A stretch of 63,754 bases of DNA from Vitrella brassicaformis CCMP3155. Its lineage: Eukaryota > Protista > Chromerida. The notes below the pieces were generated by a model. It saw nothing but the letters and a program-made list of their open reading frames with translations. It searched no databases and was not told where the DNA came from. Every line of letters begins with the position of its first letter. Position 1 is the stretch's first letter. A program made the translations under genes and the position numbers. Positions 52,801 to 63,754 of this stretch are shown one piece after another. Where the stretch lies: NCBI GenBank assembly GCA_001179505.1, contig CDMY01000305.1, forward strand, positions 124,001-187,754. Reading direction: 5' to 3'.

Positions 52801-55800
52801 ACGACCTAAACCACACCACCTCTCTGATGCGTCTGACGGATAACATGGATGGCATGGATGGCGCGGCGTCGGTGCCCGCCCACGCGCCGTCGCACCCCCT
52901 GCACGCATTGCTGCCTCTCGGCCCCTCGCACCAACAGCAACACCATCACAGAGGCGGCAGCATGGAAGACACCACCACCGCCAACACAGGAGCGGAAGGA
53001 GAGGAGCAGGCGACGTCCGCACACAAGCTCGGCCAGCAGCGGTCTCAGGACGACAGCCACCTGTCGCTGGCTCGTTATGATGGTCCGGTGGTGGATGGGC
53101 CGGATGGGAGGGAGAGGGCAATGGGTATGGGAATAGTGCGGTCCAAGACGCCCCCGCCCGGCTGTGTGATGGTCGCGAAGCCGGCGATGCTCAGTCGCCT
53201 TCTGGGGCCACCGATGGACACCCTCGACGAGCAGCCGGAGGAGGATGGGGACGCATCGGCTGACAGCGATGGTGAAGTGGCGGCTGCCGACGACATGCCA
53301 GCGGAGCCTTCCACATCGTTCGCTGACGGACCAGCACCAGCACCACCTCGTGATCAGGAGGGGCAGGGAGAGCAGGGCGGCGAGGCTGAGGCTCCTATTC
53401 TTCCAGCAGCAGCACCACCACCGCCTCGAGGAGAGGAGGCTTCAGATGATGGCTTTGATGTCTGTGAGGAGCCGTCTTCTCCGCCACCGGCCGTTGTTGA
53501 CTCTGAGGCCTCTGAAGCGCCATCGGCCATCACGTCCAGCCGTGCCGAGCATCGCGCCGCACTCGTGGGCTCCATCGTCAGACTGGCCTCGTCACCACTC
53601 TCTTCAGAGAGAGCGGATGAAGAGCATGAGCCGGCGGCAGGTCAAGAGGGAGAGGGCGATCGTGCGCAAGTGCCGGAAGACAGCTTCTGGGAAGATGCAG
53701 AGGCAGACGCAGACAGAGGGGAGGAGGAGGAGGAGGCAGAACTGGCACCACCGATCCCCATGCCCATGCCCATGCCACCGACGTCTACATCTCCGCCCTC
53801 TCTGTCCCCTCCTCTGTCGTCCCAATGGCTGGACCACTTCCAGAGGCAGCCAAGACACGATCCTCTCACCTTCCCACCCGACCGCGGTCTCGGCAGCCTC
53901 TCGTCTGTGTCTCTCTCGGTCCGGAAGCCGCTCCGCCTGCTGTCGTCTCTGTTGCACTCGAGGTCATCAGTGGCCATTGATAGTGATGGTGCCGAGGGAG
54001 AGGCGGAGCCCGCTGGTGGTTATGGTGGTGGTTATGGTGGCGGTGCTGGTGTTGGTGTGTTTAGGAGGGGGAGGAGGACGGAGGGGCCTCTGCGGTCCAT
54101 GCGGATGGAGAGCGGGATGATACAGTGGCGGTCGCGGAGTAGAGACGCACGGGTAGGTGTCTCTCTCTGTCTTTCTGTATGGTGTATGTGGTGACACACA
54201 CGTGTGGACGGACGGTGTTTGCTATGGGGTACACGTGTCTGTGTGTGCAGGCTGGAGCCCCCCCTTTGGCCGACGAGCATGCTGCAGAGATCCGTCTGAG
54301 GACAGACAAGGGGCCGGGAAAAAGGAGCGACCACGACGATTATGCACCGTCACAAGCAGCGACCTCAAGCCTGCAGCCCGACCAATCATCGGACATCCGA
54401 CATCCCCTCCTGGCCCCCTCCCCCAGCCGCCCCACCCTCCCCCCCATCTCGCCCTCAATCCCCATCGACCTAACACCCTTCTCCTTCCTAGACTCTCGCC
54501 CAAGAGGCCGTGCCAGCGATGGCGGCGAGTCTCTACGCCGATCGTCGTCAAGTGGCGTGTCTGCAGCAGACGACTCTCTTGGTGGCCGACTGAGCAGCAG
54601 GCGGAGCGAGAGCTGGCGATGGGACGAGATCAAGTGGAGCGAGGGGCAGTCACGGTCAGGGGGGTCGTCAGGGATGGAGGGGGAGGAGGACTCCAGGGGT
54701 TCTGAGGAGGGGGAGGGAAGCGGCAGCAGTGGGTATGGCTATTTGGTCATTCGTAGCGAGGCCGAGTCGGAGGAGAGCGACTCGAGCGCGGGTAGCAGTG
54801 TGGTGACGGCGAGACGCATCTCTCCCTCGCCTGAGAACCCTGACAGAAATGAGGTAGGTTTGCACGGGGCGGGCGCACAGGGCGGGAGGGAGTGTGTGAG
54901 TGGATGATCTGTGCGTGTGTGTGTGTGTGTGTAGGATAATGTCCAGCTGATCGATGATAACGCAGAAGGTGAGGAGGAAGACGAGGCTCTCGCACTCGAC
55001 GCATCAACATCGGCTTATCCACGTGAGAGAGCACACACACACACACACACGCATAGCATATACACATCCCCCTTCATCCATCCTTCCTGTGTGTTGTCGC
55101 ATCGCAGGTCTGGATGCAGTCGAGGTGCCGAGCGAGCCCCTCTCCCATGCCCTCCCGCCCTCCTCCACCCCCATGCTCCCATTCCCCAAAGGCCTCTCCG
55201 CCACCCCACCAGCATTCCTCACATCAATGCCACGGCCCACAGAAGAGGATTCTGGTGAAGCTCACTGGCCATCGGAGCGGCGACAGAGGCAACAGCAGCC
55301 GTCACGGTCGAAAAGCCCTCTGCGCGTGCTCCAGTTCACGAGGACGGATGCTGAGTCAAGGACGGCGGTCATCATATCCTCACCGGGCAAGCAGAGCCCG
55401 GCTGCTGACGGTGAAGGTGAAGGTGATTCGGGCGACAGAGCGGCGAGGGCAGACATGAAGAGGGGCGGCAGCAGGGCGCCGAGAAGGAGGCCTGTCAGCC
55501 CCGTCCCTCTTCTCCGTGTCAAGAAAGGCCTGCGATCACCCCCAGCAAAGTCGCCCTCACCCCTAAGCCCCCGTCTCCTGCAGCGTCTCAAGATACCGGC
55601 CGAGCCAAAACTCCAAGACAAGAAGAGCAGCCGGTCCAAGAAAGCAGCACCAGTTGTGGCCCCCACACCCTCCCTCCCACTACGTGACCTGCATCGCTCG
55701 GCTGCGCGCCCACTCCTTTCTCCACCGCCCCAGCGGCCTTCTGCCGCACCCCGCAGCACAGGGCCACCCATACTGGCCACAGAGCTTCGCAGCAAGGCGA

Positions 55801-57455
55801 GGAGGGCCCCTTCACCCCCTCTGATCTCTCCAAAGAAGGCGCTCACGCCACGAGCGCCAGACGTTCACTCCCGCAGAGGCACCAGCCCATCTAAGCTTAG
55901 ACGCGAGCAAGCCAATGAGAGGCGACAGGAGGGTGGTGGCAGTGGGAGTGGGAGTGGGAGTCTGCGGTCCTTCTCCGTGGCGCCACGAGGGAGGCCCCAG
56001 GGGCAGGTGCCGCTGTTCCCTGACAGGGTGGTGATAAGGAGGAGGGTCGATCAAGACACGAAGGGAGAGGGGGAGACCACTGCCAGTGCGGACGACCGTG
56101 TGTGTGTGCTGGAGGGGATCCTCCGGCGTCGCAAAACAGAGGGGCTGACGGCATGTGTGGAGGGGGAGGGAGAGGGAGAGGAGAGTGACACGATGCCTGA
56201 GCGAGGGAGGGCCGGCACCGGTAGGGGTGACCGTGTGGAGATTCGGACGCTCACCACGGCGGATAGCTTGATGGACGACGGCAAGAATGTTGCGGCGGCA
56301 GCTGCTGCTGGTCCCGGCCAGCAGCAGGTACCTCTCTTCCCACCTACCACTCCCCGGGACACCACTGGAGCAGCAGCAGCAGCAGCGGCATACAGACAGA
56401 ACAGGTCGGTACCCTCCCATATACCCCCCCCCCNNNNNNNNNNNNNNNNNNNNNNNNNNNNNNNNNNNNNNNNNNNNNNNNNNNNNNNNNNNNNNNNNNN
56501 NNNNNNNNNNNNNNNNNNNNNNNNNNNNNNNNNNNNNNNNNNNNNNNNNNNNNNNNNNNNNNNNNNNNNNNNNNNNNNNNNNNNNNNNNNNNNNNNNNNN
56601 NNNNNNNNNNNNNNNNNNNNNNNNNNNNNNNNNNNNNNNNNNNNNNNNNNNNNNNNNNNNNNNNNNNNNNNNNNNNNNNNNNNNNNNNNNNNNNNNNNNN
56701 NNNNNNNNNNNNNNNNNNNNNNNNNNNNNNNNNCCCCCCCCCTCCCTACCAGCGATCAGCATTTCTCCTCGTTCACGTCTCCTTCCTGTCCCTCTCCTTT
56801 GTTCTTTGCCTGCAGGCCGATATGGCGGCAGCCCCCCCTGTTGCTGCCCGCCTTCACCCCGCCCCTCTTGCCCCCACGCAGCACCGCCGTCCCCGCCCAC
56901 CGACCATTCCAGACCTCATTCACTGCACATCAACATCTGCACCAGCAGCAGCAGCACGGCGAGCCACCCATACCAGGGGGTGTGGACATGATGAGCCGCA
57001 CAATGGGCAGCCGAGCGGTGGGCGTGACGACGGCGTACCGGCGTGTGTCGCAGCCGCCCGAGAAGAAGGCCCCCGGGCGAAAGTCGGATCCTGAGACATA
57101 TGACTACGAAGGCCTTGGGAGGGTCATTGTAGGGCCGTTTGCTACGGTGAGTGGTGGTGGGGGTGGGGCTGGGGTGGTGCCGGCCCGGCTGATGCCGATG
57201 GTGGACGTGCGCCGGTCGCCCACGCCCATTGTGATTCGCACACTGCCTAGCGCGACGGCGGTGCCGTCTTACCCCCACCAGCATCAGCATCATGGCGGCC
57301 CCGGCGGCCCACGACAGGCGCCTCTTCCCCTGCCTGTGCGTCCTGGGTCGGTGCCGCCGCATTTGTTCAACTCGGTGCCGCCCCCGTCTCACCCTCAGCC
57401 CCTACCGCCGTACCCTTATCGCTACCCCATGTGGGCGTCACGGGGGCCGCCGTAA
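49811..57455 (+). CDS. Aurora-like Ser/Thr kinase with a P-rich N-terminus and very long disordered C-terminus
   Basis: LG|AGAYARV, VALKI, HYLHTHNILHRDLK|PENILV, KLGDFGWS, RQSICGTFIYM|APE and DMWSLGCLLHEMVTGSPPF. DFGWS and R.S/T.CGT are Aurora-like. Confidence 0.85.
56434..56733. other. Assembly gap (300 N), within a predicted intron of the kinase
   Basis: A donor lies at about 56406 and a pyrimidine tract plus CAG acceptor at about 56815. Poly-C flanks both sides. Confidence 0.95.
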
Positions 57456-58464
57456 ACTGTATAGAGTGCTTGTGTGGATGGATGGATGGATGTGCGTGTG
57501 TGCGTTTGTGTCTTGGTGTGCACACGTGGGTGGCTGTGTGGATCCATACCCTCTGATCCTTGAGTGACTTTTCATGTGGGTGACCCGCGTGCGTGTTTGT
57601 TGTGAGTGAAAGACGGACGATGTTGACAGTATGTGTGGTGTATTTGTTAACCCGTGACGGTACGGTGGGGGGTGAGGTGAGTCAACCGGATGAAGGCTAG
57701 GCTTGCGGGTGTCCGTCCACATGAACCACACACACACACACACACACGCAGGTCATTCATGGTGGGGGAAGAAAGACATGTATGTCGGGTGCCGTGTAGT
57801 AGCAAGGCAAGGCAAGGCGAGTAGTAGGGAGGGTGTGGGGTATGATACAGTCACGTTACACCTGCATGCGTCAATGCTGCAGCACATCAGGTAGACGAGA
57901 TGGATGGATGGACGACAGACAGGTCTGCCCTGTTGCGTCCTTGTTGGTGCTTCGTGCTCCCTGCCTGCCTGCGTGACGTGAGCAACACAGGGGGCGGCTC
58001 TCATCCAATTGCCAACCTCCGGGGCAGAAAAGTGTCAACACACAAGAAAGGCATACGTACTTGTTGCGGGCAAGTGCATGCCATAAATCACACACATACA
58101 GCCAGCCACACGGGAACCAGTTTCAGTTAGGAAGAGGCCTACATCCATCCATATCCATCGGATGCATCGCTATGCTACAAGTCAACCAGTAAGCGAGAGC
58201 AAGAGCCGGTCAGGGTGTCAGGTATGTCAGGTATGGTGGGGTAAGGTAAGGTCGAGTGTGTGAGCATATGGAAGAAAAGCAAATAACGTGACACAGAGCA
58301 GAGAGGGACGGACGGCCAACGCTTTCGATCCAATGAGAGATTGATATCACCCTCCCTCCCCCCCTCTCTCTCCCCCTGTCTGTAATCTCTCAGGCACCAT
58401 CCATCCATTCAACGATGTCTGTCTGTCTGTCTGTCTGTGCGACCCACCCGCTCACTACATCCCT

Positions 58465-59545
58465 CTACCACCCTGCGCTCTCCTGTGCGAACTCGAGTTC
58501 CACCTCGTTGGTGCCGGCCTCTTTGGTGAGCATCCCCACCGTCACGTGGCCCTCCTGCGCCTCGCCCTCGTGCTTGAGCACCACCCCCTCCTCCTTGTTG
58601 AGGGCCGTGGGGCAGTGCCCCTCGATGAGGCGCTCCATGGTCATGTCCGACGAGACGCCCCACCTCTGCGTCTTCTTCTTGTACTTGAGCACCACGTGCA
58701 CCACGTGCTCCTCCTCCTCATCGGGCTCGTGCTCGGCAGCGGCAGCAGCGGCAGCAGAGGCGGCGGCGGCGGCAGCAGCCTGCACGTAAGGCAACGCACA
58801 AGACACACACCACACAACACGACACAATGACGGACCCACAGGTATGTATCCCTCACCCCCCCACTCCCTCACTCACCTTGCCCCGCCCCCCCTTGGCCCG
58901 CCCCTTCTTCTCTATGGCCGGCTTCGTCGTCCGCTTGCCCTTCCCCCCTCCAGCACCGGCAGCCTTGGCCTTGGCCTTGGGCTCAGCCTTTGCCGGACGT
59001 CCACGAGTCGCCGGCGCGCTGGCACTGCGCCCGCCCTTCTTGCCACGAGCAGCGGGAGGCGCCTCCTTGGCCTTGGCCTTGGCGGCATCCATGAGCTTCT
59101 TGAGCTTGGGGGTCATGTAGGTGAAATTCGATGTGGGCTGCAGGCGGTTTGACAAACAGAATCATGGCAAACAACGTGACATACACAGGTGGGGTGGATG
59201 GTGCTGTGCTGGCCGGGCCAGCCTACCTACCTCCCAGGTGTTGGCGCTTTCGGGCCACCCCTGCCACTTGACGTACCAGATGTCTTCCCTCTTGCCCGCC
59301 ACACCTGCCATGCATGCAGTCAATGCAGCCAATGCATTGAGGGGCAATAATCAGCCCCTTCCTGTTCCCTCTTTCTCACCCTCGCGCGTGTCGTACTTGC
59401 GAATATCCTCCCATTTATACCTGAAGCACACAAGCAAAGCGCGATGCGTGCATCCTGCGATTGCCCTGGTCTCTCTCACAGCTTACTCCTCATCGCCCTC
59501 GGCAGTCTTGATGGGGCCTGGTTTGATGGGGCCTGGTCGTGTCAT
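58465..59545 (-). CDS. Chromodomain protein with a K/A-rich linker and C-terminal ubiquitin/SUMO-like domain; 5 exons
   Basis: The spliced protein reads GDEE|YKWEDIRKYDTRE|GVAGKREDIWYVKWQGWPESANTWE|PTSNF. The tail reads VHVVLKYKKKTQRWGVSSDMTMERLIEGHC...VVLKHEGE...TVGML...VELEF. Confidence 0.8.
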
Positions 59546-59734
59546 GCTACCAAACAACGCTCAAGCAACGCGGAACAACACCAACTCAACCGCCTCAAGG
59601 GTTTGTTGAAACCCTACCTCTTTTGCGAGCCTCAGCCCGCAGACCAGCTTTTCTCTTTGGATCTTTTGGCACGGATCTCTGCGGCCTCCGACCCCAGAAG
59701 CTGAAGCGTTCCTCAAGAAAAAGACGGCATCGTC

Positions 59735-60931
59735 ATGTTCAACGGGCTCGGCGTCGGCCGCAACCTGCCGCCCTCGGCCTCCTTCACCTCCTCTGGTACG
59801 CCGAAGAGAGTGCATTCACATAGCACTCACACAGATCACGCCAACCGCACACTCTTAATTGCTCTGTATTCCACCCAGGTCCCACACAGACAACGATGGC
59901 CTCGAGTGAGGTCACGGGCCTGGAGGAAATCCCGCCGGGAGACCTTTTGACCAAGCTGGACGACAAGAAGGCGCTCAGCACGCACCAGATCCTGAGGCTC
60001 GAGCCCTCCCTCCTGGCCCTGCTCGCCAGCCCACCAGCCGAGGCGGCACACACACTCACCCCCTCGTATCTCCGTCAGATCTACCAGTCTGTTCGGCGGT
60101 GCGCCCGGCAGTGCACGGCGTGGTCGCGGCCCGAGACGCTCGACGGCTTCGGGCCAGTGGGATGGGCGCCGCTGGTGCTGAAGCTGCACCAGATGTTTGC
60201 AAGGCTGCAGGTGGGTGTGAAGGACAGGAAGGCCGGTGCTGGTGCTGGTGCTGGTAGGGATGGCGGTGGCCAACAACAACAACAGCAGCAGCAGCAGCAA
60301 GTGCAGCTGCAGACCAACGCGATGGAGACCATGTCGTTGTGGCGGGCCATGAAGCAGCTGGCCGTCGACGAGGCCGAGGCCAACCAGCACGACATCGATG
60401 CAGAAGACGAGATGATGGACACCACCACAAGTACCACCACCACCACCACCACCACCCACACCCACAAGGCCACCGCCAACACCAGCAGCACCACAAAGAA
60501 CGGCGTGGCGGCAGGGTCATCGGACCACAACGTGCAGGAGGTGGCCATCCTGGTATGTCTTCGGTCGGGTGCGTGGCGCGATTTGGCCCTGGACGGCGGG
60601 CGGGGCAAGTCGTGGCCGGCGCAGTTTGACGTCAAGTCGCGTCAGCTGCTGGTCGTGTACGACCTCGAGTGCCTGTGGTTCGGCATGCACTGCCATGGCC
60701 GCTATGACGCCTATGGCGATGCCATCCTCTGCACCCTGCTGCATGAGGGTTTGTGTGGAGGTGGAGGGAGGGACAAGGACATCCACACACACGGCGAGTC
60801 GCAGCAGGCGGGCGGCGGCGGAATGGTGCAACTGCAGGTGCCTGACATACTCATGAACAGCCCGCAGGTAAGGGTCACCTGATAGAGATGGATGGATGGA
60901 TGGATCCACACATGGAGGGAGGGATCCTCTC

Positions 60932-60962
<31 letters not shown>

Positions 60963-63754
60963 GATTGGCGTCAACCAGATGGCGCTCGCTCGTGCGGGCC
61001 ACGCCCTTCGCGTCTTCCGTGACGCGTCGGGCACATGGCGAGTCACCGAGGAGAAAGCCGAGGTACCCCCAAGAAAGATCATTGACGATGGATGCACAGG
61101 CCACCCAGGCGTCAATCGCTGTGTGTGTGTGCATGTGTCAGTGGTATTTGACTTTGTTGACGAGCAGCGGCGTCGAGGCGGTCAACGACACCATGGCCGA
61201 CCTCGAGCAGGAGCTCTGGCACGCGCAGTTCAACAAATACGACATAGACTGCAGGAAACGGTCGGCGAACACACACGAGACCTCCCCTCACCGTCTGTCA
61301 TATATGTGTGTGTGTGTACGCCCGTGTCAGGCTGGAGCGCCTGTTGGTGGCGCTGCTGGGCCACAGTGAGCGGGATGTGCGCAACCACGCCGCCATACTC
61401 CTCAACGCATTCTACGACGGACACGACTGGCAGCTCAAGGTGCGTCTGTCTGGCTGTCTGTCTTTCTGTCTGGCTGTCTGTCTGTCTGTCTGTCCGTCTG
61501 TGTGGCCCCATACCATCCATAGGTGTGTATGTCATGTATCTGTTTGTGTCTGCTCTGCTCTGCCGTGCTGTGTGTGGTGTGTGTTGTGTGGTGTTGTGCA
61601 GTCGCCCTTCTCCCCGATCGTCCGCTCAGTGGGGGACGCCTTCACCATCGAATTCATGCTCGAAGACGACACCGACCCCCAAGCAGACGCCACAGTAAGT
61701 CCGTCGGCAAGGCAAAGCCACCCCTCCNNNNNNNNNNNNNNNNNNNNNNNNNNNNNNNNNNNNNNNNNNNNNNNNNNNNNNNNNNNNNNNNNNNNNNNNN
61801 NNNNNNNNNNNNNNNNNNNNNNNNNNNNNNNNNNNNNNNNNNNNNNNNNNNNNNNNNNNNNNNNNNNNNNNNNNNNNNNNNNNNNNNNNNNNNNNNNNNN
61901 NNNNNNNNNNNNNNNNNNNNNNNNNNNNNNNNNNNNNNNNNNNNNNNNNNNNNNNNNNNNNNNNNNNNNNNNNNNNNNNNNNNNNNNNNNNNNNNNNNNN
62001 NNNNNNNNNNNNNNNNNNNNNNNNNNNCCCCCCCCCCCCCCCACACACACCATGTCGTGTGTGTGCACCCACCCACCCGAACACACACAGGGCCCCAAGG
62101 GCGTGTTCCTCATCCTCTCGGCTCCGTCTTTCGCCGAGACGGCGCCGCACGAGGTCTACTCGTACCACCCAGTGCAGTGGACGGCCGTGTCGAAGGTCAG
62201 CAAGAGGGATGGCGGCAAGGACCACCGGAGGGAGCACCACCGGCCAGCCAATGACCCCCGATTCGAGGCGGCGCAGGGCGGGGGCATGTTCAAGTGGAAG
62301 GGCCATGTCAGGTTCGGCACTTTTGTGAGGTGCGGCTTCTACGACTGGCGGGTCGTCAAGGCCAATGTCAACCAGGGCAGCTGGATTGTAAGCCCAGCCC
62401 GACACGGAGAGGAGAGAGGGAAACACACACATCCATCGCCATCGCATGCATCGCTCCATGTGTGTCTTCGGCAGGCCCTCCAAACGACTCTGTCCAACAT
62501 CAAGCGCATGGGCTCGCAGACGTCGCTCAACTTTGACGCGACGGCTCTGGACATCCTGGGCCAGCACTCGCCCAGCTCCTTCGACACCCACCGCACCTTC
62601 CCCCTGCAGGGGAGGTTCATCGTTCAAAGCAACAACATTGGAGACGAACAGGTAGGTGGTCTCTCTCTGTGTGCGTGTGTGGGGTGGGCTTGTGGGAGGG
62701 AGGGGATAGCCATGTTGTGTGTGTGTGTGTGTGTGTGGTGCAGATTCACGAGGTCTTCATCGACCAGCATGACGCTGCCTGGGACAAGGACACTGGGGAG
62801 CTCACCAAGAGGGGCTCCTTCGCGTCGGTCGCTGCATCCTTCCAGCAGCTCAAGTACCTTACCAGAACACAGACAGACAGACAGACAGAAGGACAGGCAA
62901 AAGTGTGTCTGTGTGTCTGTGTCTGTGTCTGTGTGGCAGGGAGTGTGGGGTCACCACCGTCTACCTGATGGGCGCATTGGCGCGGGACAACGGCGAAACG
63001 CTCTACACAAACTTCGGCGAAATGACATTCGAGAGGCCAGGTGACATGGGGAGAACGACACACACAGAAGCGGTGAATGAACATGGTTCTCTCTCTCCCC
63101 CTCTCTCTCTCCATCTGTCTGTCTTGATGTGCCTGATCTGCAGATGCCTCCCCGTTCGCCGTGACCTGCCGCGCCTCGCCCAACGAGATGCTCGGGGGCG
63201 CCACGGGCTTCCAGGACCTCATGAGAGAGGCCAAACGAGTCGGCATCAAGGTACGTACGTCTCTGCCCTCCCTCCGCCTTGGCCCGCCCATCAGAGCCAA
63301 CACGCACTTGTTGCGTTGCTCGAATCATATCAGGTGTTGGTCGATTCCGTCGCTCGCGTGTCGTCGAGCCGGCCGCACCGCAAGTACTGGCCGCTGGTGC
63401 TGCACACCCTCGACCAGAGCGGCAAACGAATCATGCTCTACGGCTCAGACGGAAGGCACGCACTACCCCTCCACACACACACATAGCACACCAAATTCCC
63501 ACCCACCCAGTGGCCCTCTCTCGGACTTATGTCGCGGGTTGTTTCCTGCCTGACAGGTCTGTGTCATACGAGGACAGTGCGACGCTCAACTACCGCAATG
63601 TGAGCGCGTGGGACCTGCTGGTGGCCGACATCAAGTCATGGGCCAACCGGTACTGCGTCGACGGCGTCAGGCTCGACAACGCGCAGGTCTGGCCGCAGAT
63701 ACTCAGGGCCCACCAGAACGAACTCAACAGGTCCGCCAAGCCCCCCCCCCCCCC
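59735..63754 (+). CDS. Large GH13 (alpha-amylase family) domain protein, 3' truncated
   Basis: GVTTVYLMG, SPFAV, LGGATGFQDLMREAKRVGIK|VLVD, LNY...W and YCVDGVRLDNAQ (nucleophile Asp). The first intron, 59796-59878, is in phase. Confidence 0.82.
61728..62027. other. Assembly gap (300 N), within an intron of the GH13 gene
   Basis: Donor gtaagt at about 61695 and acceptor at about 62090. C-rich sequence flanks both sides. Confidence 0.95.

Overview
Intron-rich, GC-rich eukaryotic nuclear DNA. Introns are short and filled with (CA)n, (GT)n, (GACA)n and (CATC)n microsatellites, so most six-frame ORFs are artefacts and the genes had to be rebuilt by splicing by eye; exon boundaries are therefore approximate unless stated. 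The ApiAP2 factors, a plastid-type bipartite leader and the intron style suggest a chromerid alveolate such as Vitrella (inference, no search run). About 20 genes are supported: a protein with four AP2-like repeats, a plastid DUF1279/FAM210 protein, an F-box/LRR-like protein, an ankyrin-family pseudogene, two RING-HC genes (one frameshifted), a small dynein-AAA5-like protein, a GH10 xylanase, a secreted orphan, DNA polymerase eta, an R3HCC1L-like protein, a signal-peptide nicotinamidase with a frameshift, a GST-MetRS-OB synthetase, an ApiAP2, a C2-domain protein, a sucrose-type MFS transporter, an Aurora-like kinase, a chromodomain protein with a Ub/SUMO-like domain, and a truncated GH13 protein. 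No rRNA, tRNA, CRISPR array or intact transposase was seen. There are four 300-N assembly gaps. The strongest candidates for something new are the helix+AP2-like four-repeat protein, the chromodomain/SUMO-like fusion, a perfect nested 58-bp palindrome, the altered GH10 enzyme, and the twin 29-nt micro-exons in the ApiAP2.
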